From contig CAXXDV010000001.1 of NCBI GenBank assembly GCA_963674745.2, positions 928,001 to 992,000 of the forward strand: a stretch of 64,000 nucleotides of DNA, read 5' to 3'. Every line of letters starts with the position of its first letter. Position 1 is the stretch's first letter. The position numbers were made by a program, and so were the translations under genes. Under the pieces are notes generated by a model, which worked only from the letters and a program-made list of their open reading frames with translations, searched no databases and was not told where the DNA came from. Origin of the DNA: Desulfosudaceae bacterium. GTDB taxonomy: Bacteria; Desulfobacterota; Desulfobacteria; Desulfobacterales; Desulfosudaceae. Positions 26,578-34,366 of this stretch are shown here, piece after piece.

Positions 26578-26638
26578 GGCGAACGGCTCTGGTGTGGGGC
26601 GCGCGGCTGTTTACGCGTCCCACACCAGATGGTTCGGT
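26578..26638 (-). other. attC site (61 bp)
   Basis: ACCGAAC-CATCT-GGTGTGGGACGCG...CGCGCCCCACACC-AGAGCC-GTTCGCC. Confidence 0.85.
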
Positions 26639-26646
26639 GTCTTCCT

Positions 26647-27318
26647 TTAAGGACTCACTCGACTTGCGAATTCCAGAACGCCTTGGCACATCATGCTCAC
26701 CTGATCGGTATTGTAGTCGTTATACTTACCATGAGCCGCGTGATTACGAAGGTCCAACCAAGCAGTAACATTCTTTTGTTCTAATTTCCCATATACACCG
26801 GCTTTTGCAAGGTCTGCGTTCATAGCATCAGCCTTTTTAGGCATCTTCTTCCTCCCTGCTAGCAATTCCGTATCGATTGAATTTGCTTGACATAACTGCC
26901 TAAGATGTTCTTCAAGCACACTTCCCACTATAACGGCACTTGCATCCTTATATCCCTCCGAAAGCAAGTATTCCGCCATTTCAAGAAAATCAGCAAATAT
27001 CTCGGCGGCGGCTATAGTTTTTGTCTGAATTACCCAGCCACCGGCAATTTCATTTCGTGCGGCTGTCATCACACCTATTGCATTTTTTAAATCGGATGAG
27101 TAGCCGACTGTGGCTTTATCTATTATATCTTCATAGTAGGGATGTTCTTTTCCGAAAATGCCAAGAAGAAAAGAAAGTATCGCTGCCCGAATAGATCGGA
27201 AACTACCCTCATCAACATATTTGAGATTGTGCGCTCTGGAAGACTTTTCCGTCTGTAGAAGATCAGTAGCCTGTTTTATTAAATCATCCGCCCTTGCGAC
27301 AATATCTGATAATTTCAA
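26647..27318 (-). CDS. HEPN (DUF4145-like) domain protein
   Basis: ASAVIVGSVLEEHLR and LRNHAAHG (Rx4H); AGGAGG RBS favours the TTG start at 27318. Confidence 0.8.
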   Translation of the reverse strand: MKLSDIVARADDLIKQATDLLQTEKSSRAHNLKYVDEGSFRSIRAAILSFLLGIFGKEHPYYEDIIDKATVGYSSDLKNAIGVMTAARNEIAGGWVIQTKTIAAAEIFADFLEMAEYLLSEGYKDASAVIVGSVLEEHLRQLCQANSIDTELLAGRKKMPKKADAMNADLAKAGVYGKLEQKNVTAWLDLRNHAAHGKYNDYNTDQVSMMCQGVLEFASRVSP

Positions 27319-27333
27319 AAGCACCTCCTATGA

Positions 27334-27463
27334 ACCCAACGGGAAGCTGAGGGGCCGGGCGTCTTGAACTCGGAGCCTCAGATAAATCCTTTATTTTGCT
27401 AAATCATATGTTTCAGGGAAAACCGCGCGTTAAGCCCGGTCCAACTCAAGAGTTTTGTTCGGG
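27334..27463 (-). other. attC site (130 bp)
   Basis: CCCGAAC-AAAAC-TCTTGAGTTGGACCGGGC...GCCCGGCCCCTCAGC-TTCCC-GTTGGGT. Confidence 0.85.
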
Positions 27464-28348
27464 TTTAAGGTCATTCTTTAGTATTTTGAAAGGATTGCTA
27501 TTTAGTTCCCATTGCTCAATTTCTTGATACAAGTTTGTCAAAACAAAATCATTTATTGAGTAGGCTAAACGGAAAAGTCTGTGGATATTGCCATTTTCTG
27601 CAATGGAAGCCTGTAATGTTGCAAACAATTTCCGCAGACTTAATGCAAATAGACCGAGCAAATCATGTCCGCATGAAAGTTCCAATTTATCGAGATCTTC
27701 TTCATTCTCCATAACTTGATTTATAAGAGTTATAATTTCTGCATCTTGAGGCAAGTCCAATTCATAGTTATGTTTTGCAGCATTTTGTTGAGTAATGTCC
27801 TGCACATATCGCACCATTTTGTCTATATCTATTTCAAGGGTACTTTTGTTCGTGAATTTTTGATAATTTAATTCGTGAAACACAAAATGAAAATTGTTTC
27901 TCTGTGATATAAGCCTGAAGATTCCTATCATACTAGATTTCGAATAAAAGAAGTCTTTCAAATTGTCATATCCAATTATTTTTCTTGGCGAACAATACTC
28001 AGAAACTACTCGACTAAATGCATTGCTATTAAAAAGCATACCTTCAACGTCGTGAGTATCGGACACTAAAATATTGTCAGGCAAATCAGGAAGGCCTTCA
28101 ACCCGCCAGAAATCGGCATCAACTATTGCCAATATCCCCTTTCCTGCTGAATCATTCACTATCTCGATTGCAGAAATTGCATTATCTTTACCGTGAGCTA
28201 TAATGATATGCGTAAAATGAGAATCGAAAAAATTTTCAAATAACATAGAATCATTGTTGCCTTCGAGAATAACAATCGTATCAGGAAAAGCAGTTCGAAC
28301 CATTTCCACTTCGGTAGCTATAGATTCTCCTGTAACATTCTCAAGCAT
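27446..28348 (-). CDS. ariB: DUF4435 / TOPRIM-like protein (PARIS AriB-like)
   Basis: ILEGNND, IVDADF, HDVE and CGHDL motifs; overlaps the ATPase gene. Confidence 0.8.
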   Translation of the reverse strand: MLENVTGESIATEVEMVRTAFPDTIVILEGNNDSMLFENFFDSHFTHIIIAHGKDNAISAIEIVNDSAGKGILAIVDADFWRVEGLPDLPDNILVSDTHDVEGMLFNSNAFSRVVSEYCSPRKIIGYDNLKDFFYSKSSMIGIFRLISQRNNFHFVFHELNYQKFTNKSTLEIDIDKMVRYVQDITQQNAAKHNYELDLPQDAEIITLINQVMENEEDLDKLELSCGHDLLGLFALSLRKLFATLQASIAENGNIHRLFRLAYSINDFVLTNLYQEIEQWELNSNPFKILKNDLKPEQNS

Positions 28349-29660
28349 TTCCCCCTCCCTTTGGCAAAGAAACCATTAATGAACGTCGGTCATGAATAAT
28401 AGAAGGAGAATGGGTGGCGATGAGAAAATCAAGATCAGCCAATTTTGATATTCGCTCAATATCATTTAAAAATTTATGTTGCCATGTTACATGAAGAGAC
28501 AACTCAGGCTCATCTATCATAATGAATGATTTCTCTGGCACTTTGAATAAAAGTTCATACGCCAAAACTAATTCATGCTGTTCGCCAGAAGAAAGACATT
28601 TAAGAGGGACATTTTTGCCAGAATCTAATTTAAAGACAAATCCATCAGATTTGCTTAAGGAGAATGATTTATACAGGAAGCGAGAGTTGATAATATCCTT
28701 GAACAATTCAACCTTTTTCATTAATGGATCGAACACCTTAAGTTTTTCATCGATATCATTCAAATAATACCATAGTAATTTTAAATCGTTAGACTCTATA
28801 TTGCTGGTGGGCAGGGAGACTTGTTCTTCTTCATCGATCAATCCAGCTTTCATTAATCGTCCCCTATAAGAACTTTGATTTTGGTATTTTTCTCTAATAT
28901 TCTTTTCGGTAGCTTCCTTTGGGGCGCCAGATTCAAGCAATCTATGGGGGAATGTTCTATCCAATGATGCAGCGACAGAACCTGATTGCCGTAATGTTTC
29001 TTGAAGCTTCTCGGCCATTTCAACCGAGTATTTCTCCACAGTATTTCTTGTTCGTACCTGGCTTCTTGGTGATCTATATGATTCTTCATGGCTCAGAACC
29101 AACAATCGCTGAGTCTGAATAAAATATGTTTTCAAATTTGATAAAATATCAATAATCTCCTTTGGCATTGAATCATGAGAGCCTTTAGTAAAAGGGAGGT
29201 CATTGCCATATCTGTATAAAACCTCTTCTAATGAGATCATTTCTCCTGTACTAGTATCAAACCATCTCCTAGGTCCAGTTCTGTCTAAGTGGGGGATGAC
29301 ATCGTCAATTATATGAATAGGGAAGTCTTTTCCTAATTCCTCTTGCGTTAAGGAAAAATCAATAGAGCCCCTCTGGAGAACGTTTCTTCCTTTTTTTAAC
29401 TTCAGAGACAAGGTCATATTGCCGTTCTTTTTAATTTCCAATTTCTGTTTATTTGTAAAAGTTATCAGAACTTTGGAGAATGGCACTGTTTTAATGACAT
29501 GAAATTTTTTGCTGAAAATATCTTTTATAAGCTGTAATATTGTGGTTTTCCCAACGCCGTTAGGTCCGTGAATAATTGTTATTCTATCAGAGACTTTGAG
29601 CTTGATGTCGTGATCAAACATCCCAAATATTTTCATTATTTCAATTCGTTCAATTCGCAT
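28341..29660 (-). CDS. ariA: ABC-type ATPase AAA_15/AAA_21 (PARIS AriA-like)
   Basis: Walker A GPNGVGKT, signature LSSGEQ, Walker B IDEPE and H-loop ATHS. Confidence 0.85.
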   Translation of the reverse strand: MRIERIEIMKIFGMFDHDIKLKVSDRITIIHGPNGVGKTTILQLIKDIFSKKFHVIKTVPFSKVLITFTNKQKLEIKKNGNMTLSLKLKKGRNVLQRGSIDFSLTQEELGKDFPIHIIDDVIPHLDRTGPRRWFDTSTGEMISLEEVLYRYGNDLPFTKGSHDSMPKEIIDILSNLKTYFIQTQRLLVLSHEESYRSPRSQVRTRNTVEKYSVEMAEKLQETLRQSGSVAASLDRTFPHRLLESGAPKEATEKNIREKYQNQSSYRGRLMKAGLIDEEEQVSLPTSNIESNDLKLLWYYLNDIDEKLKVFDPLMKKVELFKDIINSRFLYKSFSLSKSDGFVFKLDSGKNVPLKCLSSGEQHELVLAYELLFKVPEKSFIMIDEPELSLHVTWQHKFLNDIERISKLADLDFLIATHSPSIIHDRRSLMVSLPKGGGNA

Positions 29661-29682
29661 CTATGTCTCCTTTTCTCTCGCT

Positions 29683-29811
29683 CCCGAACGGCGGCAGCCA
29701 ATGGGAGCCAGGGCTTCCACTGATTTGCCTTAAAGACGGTTAATATTCAATTTTTTCAACTTTTCAAATCCCGAATGCCCTAGCTATCTTTTGGGCTGCC
29801 TTGGGTTAGCC
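29683..29811 (-). other. attC site (129 bp)
   Basis: GGCTAAC...CAGCCCAA..AGCTAGGGC / GCCCTGGCT..TTGGCTG-CCGCC-GTTCGGG. Confidence 0.85.
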
Positions 29812-30153
29812 CTCGCTATCAGGATTATATTCAATAGTTGTAATAACTTCATAAAGATTGTCGTATTTGAAGTTGAAACCCAACCAAGAACTATAAACAG
29901 AACCATTTTTCTGGAATATTTCATCTTCCCGGAATTTTCTTTTAAGCAGCAACAGAAGCTCTTCTTTTGTTGTATTAGGGCCAATGTAAAAACAAATTTC
30001 CTTTAGCTCAGAGAATGATGATTCAGCCTCATATAATTGCTGGTTGCGGGTTTCCAGTGTCAATCCTATATCGATAAATTTCCCAAACCAGAAAAAATTA
30101 TTTACAATAAAGACAGTGATAATTGCGATGGCGATGATAATTTTCTTTTTCAT
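29806..30153 (-). CDS. hypothetical protein with an N-terminal membrane anchor
   Basis: Stop codon is the TAA of R'' GGCTAAC; MKKKIIIAIAII anchor. Confidence 0.8.
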   Translation of the reverse strand: MKKKIIIAIAIITVFIVNNFFWFGKFIDIGLTLETRNQQLYEAESSFSELKEICFYIGPNTTKEELLLLLKRKFREDEIFQKNGSVYSSWLGFNFKYDNLYEVITTIEYNPDSEG

Positions 30154-30166
30154 AATTTTTCTGTAG

Positions 30167-30290
30167 GGCTAACGTCCGCCACCACCGGCGAGCAGGGTTT
30201 GCGGACTTCTTAAATGTTAGTTCAACACCACACTATGCAAAAACTAAGGCAGGGCGCCCCTGCGAGTCTGTGTGAGTGGCGTTGTTATGC
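30167..30290 (-). other. attC site (124 bp)
   Basis: GCATAAC-AAC-GCCACTCAC...GCAGGG / CCCTGC...GTGGTGGC-GGAC-GTTAGCC. Confidence 0.8.
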
Positions 30291-30605
30291 ATATTTTTCA
30301 GGGTTAGTTTGCTCTTTAAGTTCGGCCGATAGATTCTCGACATCTTCGTCTTGAACTAAGCCTTCCCGGCGCAACATCATAAGTTGAATCATCGCTTTCG
30401 AGCGACTGTGATCATTTAACAACAAGGCTATCTGCTTATCATAGTTCTCGATCAATCGGTATAGATATAGATACTTCCCATGATTGGTCGGAATTTCCTT
30501 GTTATTTAGGCCTTCAGATACATCATTGAGCACAGTTCCGCAGAAGCGCTCTAAAGCCGCTTCTTTTATTATCTTAAACTTTTTCCAATCAGATTCTGAG
30601 ATCAT
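30285..30605 (-). CDS. hypothetical protein (first cassette)
   Basis: ESDWKKFK...ALERFC; stop inside R'' GCATAAC, which matches the start box GTTATGC. Confidence 0.85.
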   Translation of the reverse strand: MISESDWKKFKIIKEAALERFCGTVLNDVSEGLNNKEIPTNHGKYLYLYRLIENYDKQIALLLNDHSRSKAMIQLMMLRREGLVQDEDVENLSAELKEQTNPEKYA

Positions 30606-30618
30606 AATTTCTTACTAT

Positions 30619-30670
30619 GCATAACAGTGTAATAATTGGAAAATATTCCGTCTTATTTTCCATGTTTGCT
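30619..30670 (-). other. candidate attI site
   Basis: Core GTTATGC at the head of the first cassette with no attC hairpin upstream; AT-rich flank. Confidence 0.55.
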
Positions 30671-30757
30671 TTTCCCGATATCTTTCCCCCGTGTTTTCCA
30701 TTTATTGCCATATTAAAGCATCAAACATGGAAAGTTGAGCGAAAACGTATTGAGAAC

Positions 30758-30786
30758 ATTTAACGCTTTTATTCATCAGGTGTCAA
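30758..30786 (-). promoter_or_regulatory. candidate Pc promoter reading into the array
   Basis: TTGACA-17 nt-TTAAAT on the minus strand. Confidence 0.5.
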
Positions 30787-30897
30787 CACTCTGGCCGAAA
30801 GCCTATAGCCTGGGTAGGAATTAAGCTGTTCGGTTGAGTCCGCCAACGATACCGCCCTGTTTGTGTATGAGGGGATCAGGGCAAGGTAGGAGTTGAT

Positions 30898-31758
30898 TTA
30901 ATCTTTCTGTATGGCTTTTCCGAAAAAATACATCAACAGATTGTTCATGGTGATCATGGTCATGTGGTAGGCGGGAAAGAACTTTCTTTTGATCCAGTAG
31001 ATCAGTTTTATATCGATTGATGTGATGACCATAAATCTGTTTTTCCGGATTCCGCGCATAATATCCCGCGCGACTTTCTCGGGTGTTACCGCGTGTTTTT
31101 CAAATCGGCCTACGAGATTTTTGGCGGCCTTATGGCTTCTGTCAACGCCGAGAATCTGGACCGTTCCCACCAGCGGGGTTTTGACCGCCCCCGGACAGAC
31201 CACACTAACGCCGATGTTGTAACGGCGCAGGTCGTAACGAAGCACCTCGGACACGCCCCGCAAACCGAATTTACTGGCGCTGTAGGCGGCGTGCCACGGC
31301 ATGGCGATAAGCCCGGCCGCGGAAGCGACATTGACCAGGTGGCCGCCTTTGCCGGCGTCCACCATGGCCGGCAACAGGCATTCGATGACGTTTATCGGCC
31401 CCATCAGATTGATGCTGACCATTTTTTCCCAGTGTTCGTGTTTGAGCCGCGAAACAGAGCCCCAGACCGAGGTGCCGGCAATATTCATGACGATATCCAT
31501 GGGACCGGATTCTTTCTGAATGCTTTCGGCAAACGCGCGAACGGCATCATAGTCGGTTATGTCAAAAGCCTCGTGGGCAACGACGGTACCATCCCCGGCT
31601 TCAATTTGAGAGACAACGGCTTCCAGTTGGGGCTGATTGATATCCGTCAGGAACAGGCTGGCACCTTTTTCAGCCATGGCCATGGCCGTGGCCTTGCCGA
31701 TGCCGCTGGCCGCGCCGGTGATAAAACATTTTTTCCCTGTGAAGCTTTTGATTTTCAT
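30898..31758 (-). CDS. short-chain dehydrogenase/reductase
   Basis: TGAASGIG and YSASK; GGAGG RBS before MKIKSF. Confidence 0.93.
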   Translation of the reverse strand: MKIKSFTGKKCFITGAASGIGKATAMAMAEKGASLFLTDINQPQLEAVVSQIEAGDGTVVAHEAFDITDYDAVRAFAESIQKESGPMDIVMNIAGTSVWGSVSRLKHEHWEKMVSINLMGPINVIECLLPAMVDAGKGGHLVNVASAAGLIAMPWHAAYSASKFGLRGVSEVLRYDLRRYNIGVSVVCPGAVKTPLVGTVQILGVDRSHKAAKNLVGRFEKHAVTPEKVARDIMRGIRKNRFMVITSIDIKLIYWIKRKFFPAYHMTMITMNNLLMYFFGKAIQKD

Positions 31759-31872
31759 TGTTTCCTCCCCCGCAAGGTGAATCAGATTGTTATCAAAGTA
31801 AACCCGCAGCACATGCCCGAACCGGACATTTGAACCCTCGACCCCTTGAATCCTGTATACCCGCTAAAAAGG

Positions 31873-33234
31873 TCACTCCGCGTAAGGGCCGGCATCCAGG
31901 TCCCGCTTTTTAAGGCCGTTTTTGGCCGCCTTTTTCAGCCACCACAAGGCACCGACCCAAATGAACATCCTTCTCCAGAGGCCGAACGGCATCAGGAGCA
32001 GCGGCGTTTTTCCTATCTGTTCCTGAACGCTGAACAGGACCGGCCGATTCCCGGCCAAACTGGCCCCGGCCGCGTCCAGTGCCCGACGGATATGGCCGCG
32101 GGCCAGTCCCATGCGACTTTTCAAGTGCAATTCCGTTTCTGCTCCCTGGGCCTCACCGGCGCCCAGGGCCAGAGCACCGGCCCAGGTGAAACCGCATTGG
32201 TCGGCAAAGGCGCGACAGATCGCCAGGGCCAGGGCGTTCTGTTCGTACTCCGGAAAGCCGTTATTGATAATGACAAACAGACGGCGGGGCGATGCCCCGG
32301 GGCTGTCCGGATCGTTTGCCCTTTGATCAGCCAGCACTTCCAGTGCTTTGGTCACCAGAAAAGGCAGGGCGTCGACATAAAGCGGAAAGGCCAGGATGAT
32401 CAAGTCCGCCCGACCGGCGGCGGCCAGCAGTTTCTGTTGACCGCTGTCTCTATTCAGGTCGGCCTTCAGAGTCAAGGCATCGGTTTCCCAGCCGGCGTCC
32501 GCCATTTTTTCCAGCACATACTCGCCCAGGATGGCCGAAGTCGATCGCTGATTGATTTTCGGGCTACCGACAACCAGCAGGGCACGGCCTTTGGTGTCGG
32601 AACAATCGGTTAAACCGTCGTCCGGCTTCGGAAAAAAATCGAGCAGGTCCTTCGGGGGCCAGGGATCGGACCGGACAATCAACTCCTGCAGTTGCCGCTT
32701 CATGTTGTCCTGATCGGTATTTGTATCCACAACCCCGGCCGCAAAAGACGGTGAGAGCATATTAACGGCATTACGCCCGGCCAGGGTCTGAAAGATTTTG
32801 TCCGCCCCGGGTATTTTTTTCTCCGCAAGGCCGATACCGATCAGCCGTGGATAGCGTTGGTAACGGGGCAAATGATGAATCTCGCCGTGACGCAGAATGA
32901 AAAACGGGGAGACCAGCGGGATGAAGCGATCGACCATCAGCTTCAAGGTGGATGAATAACCGCCGAAGGTCACCGGCGTAAACAGGATCAGCGTGTCGCT
33001 GTTGACGATTGTGCGAACGATTTCCCGGCCCTGATCGGCGGTGACACACTGGCCGGGTGTCTTGACCCAGCACCCGAAACAGCCGGTACAGTGTGCCAAA
33101 TGAATATCCTTTAAATGAAAACACCGTACGTCTGCCTGTTCCTGCTCCAGCATTGATATCAGCAGCGATAACGCTGTTCCAAAACGCTCATCCGTTGAAT
33201 CGGCGCCGTTTAGAATTACGATTCGGTTTGACAT
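31873..33234 (-). CDS. tandem flavodoxin-like / NADPH-FMN reductase domain protein
   Basis: CTGCFGCW...C iron-sulfur flavoprotein motif, then a second VGSPK...PLYVD domain. Confidence 0.8.
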   Translation of the reverse strand: MSNRIVILNGADSTDERFGTALSLLISMLEQEQADVRCFHLKDIHLAHCTGCFGCWVKTPGQCVTADQGREIVRTIVNSDTLILFTPVTFGGYSSTLKLMVDRFIPLVSPFFILRHGEIHHLPRYQRYPRLIGIGLAEKKIPGADKIFQTLAGRNAVNMLSPSFAAGVVDTNTDQDNMKRQLQELIVRSDPWPPKDLLDFFPKPDDGLTDCSDTKGRALLVVGSPKINQRSTSAILGEYVLEKMADAGWETDALTLKADLNRDSGQQKLLAAAGRADLIILAFPLYVDALPFLVTKALEVLADQRANDPDSPGASPRRLFVIINNGFPEYEQNALALAICRAFADQCGFTWAGALALGAGEAQGAETELHLKSRMGLARGHIRRALDAAGASLAGNRPVLFSVQEQIGKTPLLLMPFGLWRRMFIWVGALWWLKKAAKNGLKKRDLDAGPYAE

Positions 33235-33394
33235 ACCGGCCTCCCCTTGTTTGGATTAAGTTATTGATTTTTCTATCGTACCCGTACGATTATGTCAAGA
33301 TCACATCAGGCCTGTCGAAACCGGAATCCATTGAAAGCATTGGCCGGGTGTGATACCTTAACTCTGACGCTGGCAATCAACTCTGTGGAGGACA

Positions 33395-34345
33395 ATGATG
33401 GACCTGGCGGCACTTGAAAAAAAGCACCCCCCCTCTTTCGATCCCTGCTGGCAGGAGTCGTGGTATTTCAACTTTTCCGACCCGGGCAACAATGTCTACG
33501 GCCTGACGCGTATCGGCTATCGGCCGTCAAAGAACAAAGCAGACGGTCTGTTACTGGCCTCCATCAACGGCAAACCGGCCCTGCTGTATCCGGCCCTGGG
33601 TAAACGGCTTGGGTCGGGCAGGGTAACCATCGACCCTCCGGACATGCTTCAAGTTGACAACCTCTGTTTTACCTGCCGCTCGATCATGGACACCTGGCAG
33701 TTGTCGCTGAAAACCCGTCGTGTCGACCTGGACCTGGCCTGGGCAACCATGACAGGTCCGTATCTTTACCCTGAAGTCGCGACCGACACCGGCCGCTCGG
33801 CCGCGGCCGATCACTATGAACAGGCCGGCCGGGTTACCGGCCATATCCGTTTTGGAAACACCGATATCAATGTTAACGGCTGGGGTCAGCGGGACCATAG
33901 CTGGGGGCCCCGTCACTGGTCCGGGGTGGGCGACTGGACCTGGATCAGCGCCCAGTTTGAATCCGGCTGGGCGTTTAACCACTGGCACCTGGGTGCCGGA
34001 CCACCGGCTAAAACCTGCGGTTTTGTCGGTGACGCTGCCGGCAACCGTGACCTGATCAAGGCGGACATTGACTGGCAGGGTGACGCTCAGGGCCGCAAGC
34101 CCTCCGGCGCCCGGCTGGAATTAAGCATGGCGGACGGGGAAAAACGGGACATGTCCTTTACAGCGAAAACCATGTGGCCCCTGTACAAGGACGGTGCCAT
34201 CATCACTGAAACTTTCGGTGTGTTTTCCTGCCGGGGAGAAAACGGTGTCGGCGTGGTAGAGCGTTTATTTGTTCCGCGTCTGGGTCCGTTGTCCTTGATG
34301 CCGTATGTACCCAAAATGGCGGGCATGGCCCTTTACAGCCGATAA
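33395..34345 (+). CDS. lipocalin/tocopherol-cyclase-like beta protein
   Basis: WQESWYF, HYEQ.G and GQRDHSWGPR motifs. Confidence 0.7.
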   Translation: MMDLAALEKKHPPSFDPCWQESWYFNFSDPGNNVYGLTRIGYRPSKNKADGLLLASINGKPALLYPALGKRLGSGRVTIDPPDMLQVDNLCFTCRSIMDTWQLSLKTRRVDLDLAWATMTGPYLYPEVATDTGRSAAADHYEQAGRVTGHIRFGNTDINVNGWGQRDHSWGPRHWSGVGDWTWISAQFESGWAFNHWHLGAGPPAKTCGFVGDAAGNRDLIKADIDWQGDAQGRKPSGARLELSMADGEKRDMSFTAKTMWPLYKDGAIITETFGVFSCRGENGVGVVERLFVPRLGPLSLMPYVPKMAGMALYSR

Positions 34346-34366
34346 ACCGGATACCTTCAAAAACCT

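Larger units (their letters stand above)
13881..30625 (-). mobile_element. integron gene-cassette array without an integrase in the window (CALIN-like), interrupted at about 14.9-18.7 kb
   Basis: Co-oriented minus-strand genes separated by attC-type imperfect palindromes; cassette start and end boxes are complementary; compositional mosaic; TA and defence cargo. Confidence 0.9.

Noticed and set aside
13881..30625. CRISPR array or rho-independent terminators as an explanation for the repeated palindromes
   Set aside because: They differ in sequence and length, are separated by whole genes, lack U-tails and carry R boxes with extrahelical bases, which fits attC
30787..30897. Integron integrase gene or remnant next to the attI candidate
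   Set aside because: Only about 110 bp remain before the SDR stop; no tyrosine recombinase motifs are recognisable here or in any ORF in the window
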